The notes beneath the pieces are model-generated. The model ran no database searches. It was not told where the DNA came from and saw only the letters and a program-made list of their open reading frames with translations. A DNA stretch of 59,386 bases, filler included. It is 8 parts of 8 records of this genome, joined end to end, with 100 filler letters (N's around TTAATTAATTAA, not from the genome) between each part and the next. Parts side by side here need not be neighbours in the genome. Positions count along the whole stretch, not along the records: positions 1 to 8,758 come from SRR31156797_31893; positions 8,859 to 21,228 come from SRR31156797_31899; 6 more parts are not named here. One strand, written 5' to 3'. The position numbers were made by a program, and so were the translations under genes. Positions 1 through 9,289 of this stretch are shown here, in pieces. Within the stretch, counting starts at the first letter, position 1, and the number at the start of each line of letters is the position of its first letter.

Positions 1-425
1 ATGATGACCTTGGAGTCATTCACATACACGCCGTTTTCTCCGGATGAGATCATAAACTCCTGTTCGTTAAGGGTTCCTGCTTTATCGAGTGTGACGGCCT
101 GCTCGGCCATGACCTTTCCCGATACGACATGGTACAGGAGGATATTCTTAAGAGCGGGTATGTCCTCGAGCAAGGCCTCTACTGTTCCCTCGGGCAGCTT
201 GGCAAAGGCATCGTCTGTAGGAGCGAAAACGGTAAAGGGTCCCTCTCCCATCAGAGCCTCATCCAGTCCGGAGGCCTGGAGTGCGGCAACAAGGGTTTCA
301 AATCTCCCGTCTTCCGCCGCAATGCTTACGATGTCGGGTGAGGGAGCCATGGCTTTGTCGGTAGTCGTACAGGAAATCAGGAAAAACGCCATAGCCAGCG
401 ATACAAGAACTAAAATCTTTTTCAT
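1..425 (-). CDS. Fasciclin (FAS1) domain lipoprotein, 3' end runs off the window
   Basis: Not in the ORF track. Manual translation MKKILVLVSLAMAFFLISCTTT...DIVSIAAEDGRFETLVAALQASGL...GPFTVFAPTDDAFAKLP...LKNILLYHVVSG shows FAS1 motifs (TVFAPTD, LLYHVV) and a lipobox-like LISC. GAGGAG RBS at 434-439 on the minus strand. Confidence 0.9.
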   Translation of the reverse strand, partial: MKKILVLVSLAMAFFLISCTTTDKAMAPSPDIVSIAAEDGRFETLVAALQASGLDEALMGEGPFTVFAPTDDAFAKLPEGTVEALLEDIPALKNILLYHVVSGKVMAEQAVTLDKAGTLNEQEFMISSGENGVYVNDSKVI

Positions 426-458
426 AACTGATACTCCTCAAATAATAGCATTCCACTA

Positions 459-501
459 TTGTTTATAATTCATGTATAACATATGTATAAGTTTAAGTCA
501 A
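459..501 (-). promoter_or_regulatory. Putative CarH/LitR operator: three 11-bp-phased direct repeats beside a TTGACT -35 box
   Basis: Minus-strand hexamers TATAAA/TATACA/TATACA at 462-467, 473-478 and 484-489 (period 11). TTGACT at 496-501 (minus). Confidence 0.65.
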
Positions 502-575
502 ATTAATCTATACATTTTTAAAATTTTACTTATCTTTTCTTGACTTATTAGGGTTTATATAGGATTTGTATAAAT

Positions 576-1463
576 ATGAAGGGTAAATATTCTATCAAAG
601 CCGCCTCTGCTCTCAGCGGGTTAAGCCCTTTGACAATCAGAACCTGGGAGAACAGATATGGTATAGTCAGCCCGGAACGAAGCAAGGGGAACCATCGACT
701 TTACAGCGACAAAGATATTGAAAGACTCAGGCTTCTGTCGGGAGCGGTAGACAGGGGATTCAGGATCGGGAATGTGGCGTCCCTGGACGATGATGAGATC
801 TGCGAGCTCCTCAATAAGAAAGAAGAAGAAAGGAACGACTCTCCTCTGGAAAACTGTCTCCGCATGGTACAGGAGCTGAAAACCGATGCTTTGGAGGATC
901 TGTTTGAGCGTGAGGCCCTGAAAGACGGGGTTGTCCATACGATGGACGAACTGATCCTCCCCCTTATGGTCCGCCTGGGGGATCTGTGGCACCGGGGAGA
1001 GATTCCCGTTTACAAGGAGCACCTGGCCACGGAAACGGTCAGGCGCTTTCTGGCCGGCCGCCTGACAGCAATGCAGAGAGACGAGGGGACTCCCCTTGCC
1101 GTGGCGGCCGTCCCGGCGGGGCAGTTCCATGACCTGGGAGCCCTGGCTTCGGCGGTCTGCGCAGAGGAAGCGGGATTCCGTGTGCTCTATACGGGGGCCG
1201 ACTCTCCGGCGGAGGGCCTCGTCCGTATCCTGGAAGAGAGCGGCGCCGCCGCCCTCATCCTGAGCGTCGTTTTCCCCGCTCACCCTTCCAAGGTACGCAA
1301 TGCCCTGGAAATGATTCGAAGATGCAAACCGGAAGGGGTCCGGCTTTTTCTGGGAGGAAGCTCCGCCTCCGCCTATGCCCTGCCCGATGAACTCCCTCCC
1401 CGATCGGATCTGAAAGCCCTGAAAGAGGAACTGGATAGGCACTTAAGGGCAATCAGAACCTGA
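576..1463 (+). CDS. MerR-family regulator with cobalamin-binding domain (CarH/LitR-like)
   Basis: N-terminal MerR HTH (IRTWENRYG..P.RS.GNHRLYS), then W-x9-EH (GDLWHRGEIPVYKEH) and the B12 motif QFHDLG...YTG. Confidence 0.85.
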   Translation: MKGKYSIKAASALSGLSPLTIRTWENRYGIVSPERSKGNHRLYSDKDIERLRLLSGAVDRGFRIGNVASLDDDEICELLNKKEEERNDSPLENCLRMVQELKTDALEDLFEREALKDGVVHTMDELILPLMVRLGDLWHRGEIPVYKEHLATETVRRFLAGRLTAMQRDEGTPLAVAAVPAGQFHDLGALASAVCAEEAGFRVLYTGADSPAEGLVRILEESGAAALILSVVFPAHPSKVRNALEMIRRCKPEGVRLFLGGSSASAYALPDELPPRSDLKALKEELDRHLRAIRT

Positions 1464-1518
1464 TAACATGATGGAAAAGGAATATTTCATTTTCTGCCGT
1501 AACAGACTCCAGAGCGTT

Positions 1519-1674
1519 CTATCGCCTCATAAACCAGTGCAGACCGGCAATGACTCTTCCATAGCGTTCCCTATATTTTTCATCCAACCCCTTTCTGGGA
1601 ACAAGATTGGGGCTGCCTTTTCTTATAAAGGCCTCATACAGATTCCGATCCTCAGACTTCTTATCACAGCACAT
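1519..1674 (-). CDS. Small hypothetical protein (51 aa), divergent from the MocR regulator
   Basis: ATG at 1674 preceded by AAGGAG. MCCDKKSEDRNLYEAFIRKG... Confidence 0.45.
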   Translation of the reverse strand: MCCDKKSEDRNLYEAFIRKGSPNLVPRKGLDEKYRERYGRVIAGLHWFMRR

Positions 1675-1766
1675 GGACAAACTCCTTGTTTCAGGGAATA
1701 ACTGTGTTATACTCATATAAAAGGTACTTTCACAGATCCATTTTTTGTAATTTCAAGAGGGCCATT

Positions 1767-3188
1767 TTGCTTTCTCTCCGTCTCCTGAAAAACAATAGCG
1801 AGTCTCTCCACCGGCAGATATGCCGTCAAATCCGCTCCTGGATTCTGGAAGGCTCCCTTCCCTCGGGGACTGGGCTCCCTTCCACCAGAGAGCTCTCATC
1901 TGAATACGGGATATCCCGGAATGTTTTTCTCAACGCCTATGAACAGCTTGAAGCCGAGGGCTACCTTGAGGGCAGCACGGGAAGGGGCACCTTCGTATCC
2001 GACAACATCATACCCCTGACAGAAAACAGGGATACCGGGGATCGGCGTCTCCGCCAGGGATCGAAGGCCTCGGAAGAATCTGAAACGATCCGCTTCGATT
2101 TTTCCATTGGGATGCCGGACCTGGAGGCCTTTCCGACGGCATCCTGGGGCCGCTGCCTCAGAAAGGCCGCCGTCGAGGCCGGGAGAGATCAACTGGGATA
2201 CGGAAATACGGGAGGAAGCGAAGAGCTGAGAAAAGCCCTGTCCCGTCATCTACTGACAGAAAGAGGCATCCATCTCTATCCGGAGCAGCTCTTTATCTGC
2301 TCCGGCTCGTTCCAGGCCCTCCTGCTGGCCGCATGCGCATCCGGAGAACTCAGTTGCCGCAGAGACGTGATCATAGAGAATCCCTCCTACCGCCTGCTGG
2401 CCGAAGGGTTCCTGAAATGCGGCATGAATCCGCGAACGGGAGAGTGCGATGAAAAGGGACTGATCCTTACGAGTCTGCGTCCGGACGGGGAAACGGCTCT
2501 GGTCAGTACGACCCCCGCCCATCTCTTTCCCTCGGGCGGGGTATTTCCCATAGACCGGAGACTGGAACTCTGCCGCATGGCCGAAGAAAGGGATTTCTAC
2601 ATCCTGGAGAATGAGTTCGAAGGGGATATAAGACTGAAGGGCAGTCCCATACCGTCCCTGTTCTCCCTTAGCAAAGATCGCATATTCCGCGCCGCCGGCT
2701 TCAGCCAGATCCTCTATCCCGCAGAGCGGATCGGCTACCTGGCCGTCCCCGAATCCCTGATAGAAGATGTGGAAGCTCTGTATGCCCGGATGGGATTCGG
2801 CGTCTCCCTGTCCGTACAGAACGCGCTGGCCCTGATGATAGACGATGGACTCCTTTCCAGGCACTACAGGAAGATGAAACGCCGTTATCTGGAAAAACAG
2901 TCGATCCTGCTGGATGCGCTGATCGGGAATTTCGGAGATAATGCCAGCTGGAGAGGCCAGGATACGGGAACCTATGTAACAGTGGCGTTCAGAGGTATCG
3001 TATTCGACGATAGCCTCACCCTCAAACTGAGGGAAAGGGGTATCATGGCCGACTATGAGTACCGTCACATTCATCCTCCCCTGGACAGGTCCGGGGCCCC
3101 CGGGATGCTGCTGGGATTCGGAAACCTCAGCGGCAGTGAAATCACGGAAGGAATAGCACTGCTGAAGGAGCTGCTCTATGAACAATAA
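1767..3188 (+). CDS. MocR/GabR-family regulator (GntR wHTH + PLP-dependent aminotransferase-like domain)
   Basis: LPSTRELS...ISRN...AYEQLEAEGYLEG..GRGTFV followed by an AAT-like domain. Start placed at TTG 1767 after GAGG; the ORF track uses 1686. Confidence 0.9.
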   Translation: MLSLRLLKNNSESLHRQICRQIRSWILEGSLPSGTGLPSTRELSSEYGISRNVFLNAYEQLEAEGYLEGSTGRGTFVSDNIIPLTENRDTGDRRLRQGSKASEESETIRFDFSIGMPDLEAFPTASWGRCLRKAAVEAGRDQLGYGNTGGSEELRKALSRHLLTERGIHLYPEQLFICSGSFQALLLAACASGELSCRRDVIIENPSYRLLAEGFLKCGMNPRTGECDEKGLILTSLRPDGETALVSTTPAHLFPSGGVFPIDRRLELCRMAEERDFYILENEFEGDIRLKGSPIPSLFSLSKDRIFRAAGFSQILYPAERIGYLAVPESLIEDVEALYARMGFGVSLSVQNALALMIDDGLLSRHYRKMKRRYLEKQSILLDALIGNFGDNASWRGQDTGTYVTVAFRGIVFDDSLTLKLRERGIMADYEYRHIHPPLDRSGAPGMLLGFGNLSGSEITEGIALLKELLYEQ

Positions 3189-3690
3189 AATCAATCCTGT
3201 CATCGTCAACGACAAGATGCAGACAGGATACCGTTACATTCTCACCGAACCGGAAGGCCTTAACTTTCACCCCGATTTCCATCCCGAGCTGTCTCCGGCG
3301 CAGATGCTCGCCCTGGGAGTCTTCGGAGGGCGGTACCTCTGCGACTGCCGTGATGAGTACCCGGCGTCCTGGTATGAGAACGCCCGCCTCTGTCCGGACG
3401 GCCCCCGGGAGGAGTACAATTTTTTCGGAGTCCTGGCCTCCCAGAGCCTCGCCGAGTGGCGCCGGAAGGGATGGATCTGCGAGGAGGATCCAAGGGGATG
3501 GTTTCAATGGTACTGCCGCTACTACAGGGGACGCCGTATCGACGATGACGAGAGGCAGATCAAGCGCTGGCGAATGATAAGGCGCCATATCGGCCAGATC
3601 AGGAAGAACTGCTCCCCCGGAGACCTCTCCTGCCGCCCCAGGCAGAGACAGGCCCTGCTCCATTGGGCCTACGACAGCCGTAAGATCTGA
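3178..3690 (+). CDS. Conserved hypothetical protein (PRGWFQWYCRYY...RQIKRW...RQRQALLHWAYD type)
   Basis: AAGGAG RBS, overlaps the MocR stop, distinctive aromatic/Arg-rich motifs. No function assigned. Confidence 0.75.
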   Translation: MNNKINPVIVNDKMQTGYRYILTEPEGLNFHPDFHPELSPAQMLALGVFGGRYLCDCRDEYPASWYENARLCPDGPREEYNFFGVLASQSLAEWRRKGWICEEDPRGWFQWYCRYYRGRRIDDDERQIKRWRMIRRHIGQIRKNCSPGDLSCRPRQRQALLHWAYDSRKI

Positions 3691-3739
3691 AAAACCGCCC
3701 CTTCTCAGGCACAGGCCCTTGAACAGTTCATAACCTTTA

Positions 3740-3770
3740 TGTTAACCTACCGACAATCCAATGGTTAACA
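3740..3770. promoter_or_regulatory. BirA operator TGTTAACC-N15-GGTTAACA overlapping the birA start codon
   Basis: Perfect 8-bp inverted repeat (3740-3747 / 3763-3770) matching the TGTtAAC-N14-16-GTTaACA BirA consensus. Confidence 0.85.
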
Positions 3771-4555
3771 GATCAACAAAAGAGAACATACTAATCCAGC
3801 TCAAGTCGGCGGATCAGCGCCTCTCGGGGGAGGAACTCAGCCGCCGGATCGGTGTCAGCCGGGTGGCGGTCTGGAAACAGATACAATCCCTGATGGAAGA
3901 GGGCTACCCCATAGACTCCAGTTCCCGGGGCTACAGGCTTCAGCCGGGAGGGGACCTGCTTTCGAGTCTTGAATTCGGTAAGGAAGAGGGAATCCTCTTC
4001 TACAGGGAGCTGGAATCCACTATGGACGAGGCGGTCAGGCAGATCCGGCAGCCGGCCCTCGCGTCCAATACCTTCGTCATCCTGGCGGATCACCAGTCTG
4101 CCGGAGTCGGCCGCGACAGGGAGAACTGGAACTCTCCGACTGGGGGAATCTACCTGACCTTCGTTATCCGGCGAACCATGAAAGCGGAGGAGCTGGGCGC
4201 CCTGAAGAGGAGGGGCATCCTGACGGTCCTGCGCGTCCTCAGCTCCCTGACCGACCGCCGTCTCTCCTACAGGCCATCAGGGGATATCCTTCTGGAAGGG
4301 GCCAAGACCGGAGGCCTGCTGGAGGAGTATCAGGTACGGGGAGACGATCTGCTCTGGTACGCTTTGGGGCTGGGACTCCACCTGAACGATCTGCCGCCCG
4401 ATGATTCGGCCATGACCTCTCTGCGCAGCAGGACGGGGGTCAACGCAGGACGGACGGAAACGGTGCGGAAGCTGAAGGAGAGCTGGGAAGAACTCCTTCG
4501 GAAGCCCATCGGGGAAATAGACAGGGAACTGACCGAATTCAAAGTAGAAGGATAG
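3761..4555 (+). CDS. birA: Group II BirA-like biotin repressor/ligase (HTH + BPL catalytic domain)
   Basis: LSGEELSRRIGVSRVAVWKQIQSL HTH; STMDEA, QSAGVGR...W.SP.GGIYLT and KTGGLL motifs; adjacent to bioY. Confidence 0.85.
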   Translation: MVNRSTKENILIQLKSADQRLSGEELSRRIGVSRVAVWKQIQSLMEEGYPIDSSSRGYRLQPGGDLLSSLEFGKEEGILFYRELESTMDEAVRQIRQPALASNTFVILADHQSAGVGRDRENWNSPTGGIYLTFVIRRTMKAEELGALKRRGILTVLRVLSSLTDRRLSYRPSGDILLEGAKTGGLLEEYQVRGDDLLWYALGLGLHLNDLPPDDSAMTSLRSRTGVNAGRTETVRKLKESWEELLRKPIGEIDRELTEFKVEG

Positions 4556-4689
4556 GCCCTTGGGGCCCTATCCGGGAAAATCACCGAGGCTCCTGCGGAG
4601 CCCTGGCAGGACATAAGGCCATTGGGCCCTGCATGAGAGAACCGCGAAGGCTCCGGTGGAACCTTCGCAGGACAATAGAGGAGTATATT

Positions 4690-5253
4690 TTGAACAGAAC
4701 AAAGATAAGAAGAACCGTACTGAGCGCCGTGTTTACGGCCCTGATCGCCGCAAGCGCCTTTTTCACCATCCCCGTGGGCCCCGTCCCCATCGTGTTGACC
4801 ACCATGTTTATCGTCCTGAGCGGCATGCTCGGCGGAGCCCGTATCGGATTTTCCGCCGTCGCCGTCTACCTGATCCTGGGAGCCGTCGGTCTGCCCGTAT
4901 TGGCCGGAGGAGCGGCGGGACTGGCCAAGTTCGCCGGTCCCACGGGAGGATTCCTGTTCGGTTATATTCTGGGAGCCCTGGGGGGAGGACTGTTCTATCG
5001 CCCCAAGGAGGATGATTCCGTGCCACTGGGCATTGCCAGGGCCGCCGGCGCCGCCCTTCTCGCGGGGGCGGTAATCTACCTGCCCGGACTCCCCTGGCTG
5101 AAGTACAGCCTCTCCCTGGACTGGCCCAAAACCCTGCAGGCCGGGCTGATCCCCTTTCTCCCGGGATACCTTATCAAATCCGCCGCGGCCGCCGCCCTGG
5201 CGTACAGCCTCAAAGACCGCTTCGCCTCCTTCCTCGCAGAGGAGGAAGAGTAG
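4690..5253 (+). CDS. bioY: Biotin ECF transporter S component
   Basis: GPVPIVLTT...YLILGAVGLPVLAGG..G...GPTGGFLFGY. Start TTG 4690 after GAGGAG. Confidence 0.92.
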   Translation: MNRTKIRRTVLSAVFTALIAASAFFTIPVGPVPIVLTTMFIVLSGMLGGARIGFSAVAVYLILGAVGLPVLAGGAAGLAKFAGPTGGFLFGYILGALGGGLFYRPKEDDSVPLGIARAAGAALLAGAVIYLPGLPWLKYSLSLDWPKTLQAGLIPFLPGYLIKSAAAAALAYSLKDRFASFLAEEEE

Positions 5254-5254
5254 T

Positions 5255-5998
5255 TTGCTCGAAGTCAGGGAGCTGAGCCGCAGCTACGGAGAGAGGAAGG
5301 TCCTCGACCGGGTAAGCCTGCGCTTCCGGGCCGGAACATTCACCATCATCGCCGGCCCGAACGGCTCCGGCAAGACCCAGCTGATGCGCCATCTGAACGG
5401 CCTCCTCAAACCCCAGAACGGCTCCGTCCTGCTGGAGGGAGAGGATATACGGAAAGACCTTTCCGCCGCCAGACGGCGGGTGGGCCTTGTCTTTCAGAAC
5501 GCCGACAGCCAGATGGTGGGGCAGACCGTTCAATCGGACATTGCCTTCGGTCCGGAAAACCTCAAATGGTCCCGCCCGGAAATCAGCGACGCCGTCCGGG
5601 CCGTTCTGGACGAGCTGTCTCTCCATGAACTGAAGGACCGCAGGCCCCATACCCTGTCGGGAGGGGAAAAACGGCGCTGCGTCCTGGCCTCCGTACTTGT
5701 GATGAAGCCGGACATCATAGTCCTGGACGAACCGTTTACGGGACTGGATCATGAGGGGGTCGGTGATGTGCTCGCGGATATAACCCGGCTCCACGGCCTG
5801 GGAAAGACCATCATCCTTATCACCCACGATCTGGAGAAGGCCCTGGCCCATGCGGACAGGCTCATCCTGATGAAGGGCGGCCAGGTCATGGCCGACGGGT
5901 CGCCGGCAGAGCTGATAGGCAGGGTGGAGGAATTCGGAATCCGCAGGCCCTGGGGAGAGGACCGAAAGGTGGAGAGCATGACATGGCTGGCTCTCTGA
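5255..5998 (+). CDS. ECF transporter ATPase (BioM/EcfA-like)
   Basis: Walker A GPNGSGKT, LSGGEKRR signature, LDEP, ITHD. Confidence 0.9.
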   Translation: MLEVRELSRSYGERKVLDRVSLRFRAGTFTIIAGPNGSGKTQLMRHLNGLLKPQNGSVLLEGEDIRKDLSAARRRVGLVFQNADSQMVGQTVQSDIAFGPENLKWSRPEISDAVRAVLDELSLHELKDRRPHTLSGGEKRRCVLASVLVMKPDIIVLDEPFTGLDHEGVGDVLADITRLHGLGKTIILITHDLEKALAHADRLILMKGGQVMADGSPAELIGRVEEFGIRRPWGEDRKVESMTWLAL

Positions 5999-6768
5999 TC
6001 TTCCGCTACCGCCCCGGCCTGAGCCTTCTGCATCGTACGGACACCAGGGTGAAGCTGGTCGCCATGATAGCCCTCTCGCTGGCGATGGTCAGGATCAGCC
6101 CCTACAAGCTGATCCTCATCACGCCCCTTTTGCTGACGGGGCTCATGATGCTCCGGGACAGGACGACAGGGCGGACTCTCTCCCCCGTCCTTCTGATCAT
6201 GCCCCTGATCATATTCCTGGGAAACTTCCTCTCGCTCCGCTACTCGGTCGGTACGGCCACGTTGACGGCCATGGTTACGGCCTGCCTGAGAATGGGAGCG
6301 TTTATCAGCATCCTGATCCTGGCACAGCTGTTTATAGCGTCCACCGATCCCCTGGGCATAAGCCCCGCCCTCTATGTTTTTTTCAAGCATATCCCCCTGA
6401 TCCCCGCCAGGGATCTGAGCACCCGCATGGGCCTGTCCCTGAGCCTGATCCCCCTTATCCTGGATGAGATGAATGAGATCAGAGACGCCATGGTGTCCCG
6501 ATGCGGATGGAATCCCCGCCGCCCCTTGAGAAACCTCTTTCATATGGGACTCCCCCTTTTGGAGGGCATCCTCCAAAAGGCCGAATCCCTGTCGGATGCG
6601 ATGGAAGCACGCTGCTACACAGAGGACGCCACCGATCCCGAGATTCAGGGGGGACGCTTCGTCCTGATCCCCCTTCTCTTCCTTGTGATCCTGCTGATTC
6701 TCCTCTTCCTGCCGCAGTTTCTACCTATAGAGGCGCTCTTTTTTCCTTGCATATACAGGTTTTATTGA
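5983..6768 (+). CDS. ECF transporter T component (BioN/EcfT-like)
   Basis: LHRTDTRVKL N-terminus and the two Arg motifs AMVSRC and AMEARC. Confidence 0.88.
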   Translation: MAGSLIFRYRPGLSLLHRTDTRVKLVAMIALSLAMVRISPYKLILITPLLLTGLMMLRDRTTGRTLSPVLLIMPLIIFLGNFLSLRYSVGTATLTAMVTACLRMGAFISILILAQLFIASTDPLGISPALYVFFKHIPLIPARDLSTRMGLSLSLIPLILDEMNEIRDAMVSRCGWNPRRPLRNLFHMGLPLLEGILQKAESLSDAMEARCYTEDATDPEIQGGRFVLIPLLFLVILLILLFLPQFLPIEALFFPCIYRFY

Positions 6769-6821
6769 ATTTCCAGCGGCATCCCCTTGTCTGACATCCT
6801 ACGAAAATGTAAGATTGTTCC

Positions 6822-8387
6822 ATGTCTGAAACAATGAACACAAAACACTATCGTAGAAAAATCAAAGAGTTGACCCTCCTTTTCGAGATCAGTCAGATAC
6901 TTGACCAGGATATGGATCTCAAGGAAGTCATCACTCCTCTTCTGGAGCCCCTGGCGGAGAACATCGGCATGGAAAGGGGGACCATCACCCTCCTGAACCG
7001 CAAGACCGGCGAGATATCCATCGAGGCCGCCTACGGTCTCTCCAGCGAGGAACAGGTGAAGGGCCGTTACAAACTGGGAGAGGGCGTCACCGGTAAGGTC
7101 GTCCAGACGGGACAGCCCATGATCATCCCCAATATAGACGATGATCCCTCCTTCCTCGACCGTACGGGAGCCCGCAAGGGCGGAGGCAAGAGGAAAACCG
7201 CCTTTATCTGCGTTCCCATCAAGAGCGGCAATCAGGTTATCGGTTCCTTCAGTGTGGACCGGGTCTATCAGGATTCCTCCCTGGATCTTGAGGATGACGT
7301 GCGTCTCCTGACCATCGTCAGCAGTATGATCGCCCGGGCCGTTAAGCTGAGACAGCATTCGGAAGAGGAAAAGCAGAAGCTGCTGGATGAGAACACCCGT
7401 CTCCAGAGAGAGCTGAAGGACCGCTTTCAGCCGGACAATATGATCGGAAGCTCACCGGCCATGCAGGAAGTCTTCGACCTGATAGCCCAGGTGTCCAAGA
7501 GCGAAGCGACCGTTCTGATCCGCGGGGAAAGCGGCACGGGAAAGGAGCTCGTGGCCCATGCCATCCACTACAACAGCCTGAGGGCCAACAAACCCTTCAT
7601 CAAGGTCAACTGCGCCGCCCTGCCGGAAAGCGTCATAGAATCAGAGCTGTTCGGCCACGAAAAGGGGGCGTTTACAGGGGCCCTGGCCACCCGCAAGGGA
7701 CGCTTCGAAATGGCCGACGGCGGTACGATCTTCCTGGATGAGATAGGTGAGCTCTCAGCCATGACCCAGGTCAAACTGCTCAGAGTTCTTCAGGAACGGG
7801 AGATAGAGAGGGTCGGAGGCTCCCAGACCATCAAGGTGAACGTTAGGGTGATCGCCGCCACCAACCGGGATCTGGAAAAGGAGATCGAAACGGGGATCTT
7901 CCGGGAAGACCTCTACTACCGCCTCAACGTCTTCCCCATCCACATCCCTCCCATGAGGGAAAGAAAAACCGACGTCATGCTCCTGGCCGACTTCTTTACG
8001 GAAAAGTACAGTAGGAAGAACAGAAAGACCGTCAAAAGGATCTCCAGCTCCGCCATAGACCTGGTCATGAGCTACCATTGGCCGGGCAATGTACGGGAGC
8101 TGGAAAACTGTATAGAGAGGGCCGTCCTTCTCAGCACGGATCAGGTCATCCATGCCTACCACCTCCCTCCCAGCCTTCAGTCCGCGGAATCCTCTGACAC
8201 GGGGATTCACACGACCCTGCAGCAGTCTGTGGAGAATCTGGAGAAGGAGCTGATCAAAGAGGCCCTGAAATCCAACAGGGGCAACATGGCCAAGGCCGCC
8301 AGAAAGCTGGGAATCACAGAGAGGATCATGGGACTGAGGGTAAAAAAGTATGACATCAGCTACAGAAAATATCGTACAAATATGTAG
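6822..8387 (+). CDS. NifA-like sigma54-dependent activator (GAF-AAA+-HTH)
   Basis: GAF domain (GEGVTGKV), [32 protein letters not shown]-terminal Fis-type HTH. Confidence 0.9.
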   Translation: MSETMNTKHYRRKIKELTLLFEISQILDQDMDLKEVITPLLEPLAENIGMERGTITLLNRKTGEISIEAAYGLSSEEQVKGRYKLGEGVTGKVVQTGQPMIIPNIDDDPSFLDRTGARKGGGKRKTAFICVPIKSGNQVIGSFSVDRVYQDSSLDLEDDVRLLTIVSSMIARAVKLRQHSEEEKQKLLDENTRLQRELKDRFQPDNMIGSSPAMQEVFDLIAQVSKSEATVLIRGESGTGKELVAHAIHYNSLRANKPFIKVNCAALPESVIESELFGHEKGAFTGALATRKGRFEMADGGTIFLDEIGELSAMTQVKLLRVLQEREIERVGGSQTIKVNVRVIAATNRDLEKEIETGIFREDLYYRLNVFPIHIPPMRERKTDVMLLADFFTEKYSRKNRKTVKRISSSAIDLVMSYHWPGNVRELENCIERAVLLSTDQVIHAYHLPPSLQSAESSDTGIHTTLQQSVENLEKELIKEALKSNRGNMAKAARKLGITERIMGLRVKKYDISYRKYRTNM

Positions 8388-8442
8388 CACAGGAGCCTTA
8401 TTACTACATAATTGTACTTATTTGTAATTATTCCCTTTCGGT

Positions 8443-8478
8443 AAAAAATACAGGGCTTCCAGGTCCTGTATTTTTTTT
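8443..8478 (+). terminator. Intrinsic terminator after the NifA-like gene
   Basis: AAAAAATACAGG-loop-CCTGTATTTTTTTT. Confidence 0.75.
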
Positions 8479-8540
8479 GATATTTTATTTCCTTTCTCAT
8501 AAGCTATTTACTCATCATCATCAATCTCACTTCTCCGTTT

Positions 8541-8556
8541 TGGCACAGCTCCTGCA
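8541..8556 (+). promoter_or_regulatory. Sigma54 (-24/-12) promoter of the amt gene
   Basis: TGGCACAGCTCCTGCA, exact GG-N10-GC spacing. Confidence 0.8.
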
Positions 8557-8597
8557 ATAGAGTAGGCAGAACACAAAACAGGAGAGGTATTCCTAGT

Positions 8598-8758
8598 ATG
8601 AAAAAGAACAAGAAGATCCTGATCTTCACAATCCTGGCCCTTTTATTAAGCGTCAGCGTCCATGCGGACGAGCTTACAGACACTCTGGATCTGTACTCAG
8701 CGGCCTTCGACGCCATCTGGCTGCTCCTCTGCGGAGGACTGGTTTTCTTTATGCAGGC
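8598..8758 (+). CDS. amtB: Ammonium transporter, 5' fragment
   Basis: Signal-like N-terminus then DAIWLLLCGGLVFFMQA(G), the typical Amt first helix. Truncated by the contig end. Confidence 0.75.
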
Positions 8759-8858
8759 NNNNNNNNNNNNNNNNNNNNNNNNNNNNNNNNNNNNNNNNNN
8801 NNTTAATTAATTAANNNNNNNNNNNNNNNNNNNNNNNNNNNNNNNNNNNNNNNNNNNN
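8759..8858. other. Artificial contig spacer 1
   Basis: 44 N + TTAATTAATTAA + 44 N. Confidence 0.98.
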
Positions 8859-9289
8859 AGTCGGGAGGTGGTTTTCAATATTTAGATCTAATTATTATGG
8901 TTATTCCATGCCCAAAGGTATGAAACCTCCTCCCCTCTCCTACTCCTCCTTTGTAAGGAGGAGAGCAGGTTACAGCTTGCAAATTACTCTTAATGATAAT
9001 GTCAATTTCTTCTTCAACCCCAAAGAGTTATAGATTTTTACCATTTTCTTCCGGATATAATCCATCTATTCGTCGGTAATTCTTTCGAAATCGTCGATGA
9101 TTTTTTCATTTTGCAGGATTTATTACATAATTCGTTGTGATTTTAATCGGTTTTATATCGTTAAAATTCAGTGAATTGTTATAGTTGACAGGTGTCTGGT
9201 TCATATGATTAATTGTACATTCTTTCTCACACAGGAAAACACTTAATTCAGGAGAGCAACACCTGCATATTAAACCAAAAATTAAGCTC

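Noticed and set aside
1-468. 155-aa + strand ORF and the many other long antisense ORFs in the track (e.g. 621-1442, 2250-3215, 30653-31690)
   Set aside because: They are shadows of well-supported genes on the opposite strand and have no recognisable motifs.
6822-8387. Calling the activator nifA and inferring nitrogen fixation
   Set aside because: No nif structural genes are in the contig, and the domain architecture alone is not diagnostic.
8859-9110. Possible decayed DUF559-like gene and CT-rich palindrome
   Set aside because: Only a short stop-interrupted resemblance on the minus strand; not supportable.
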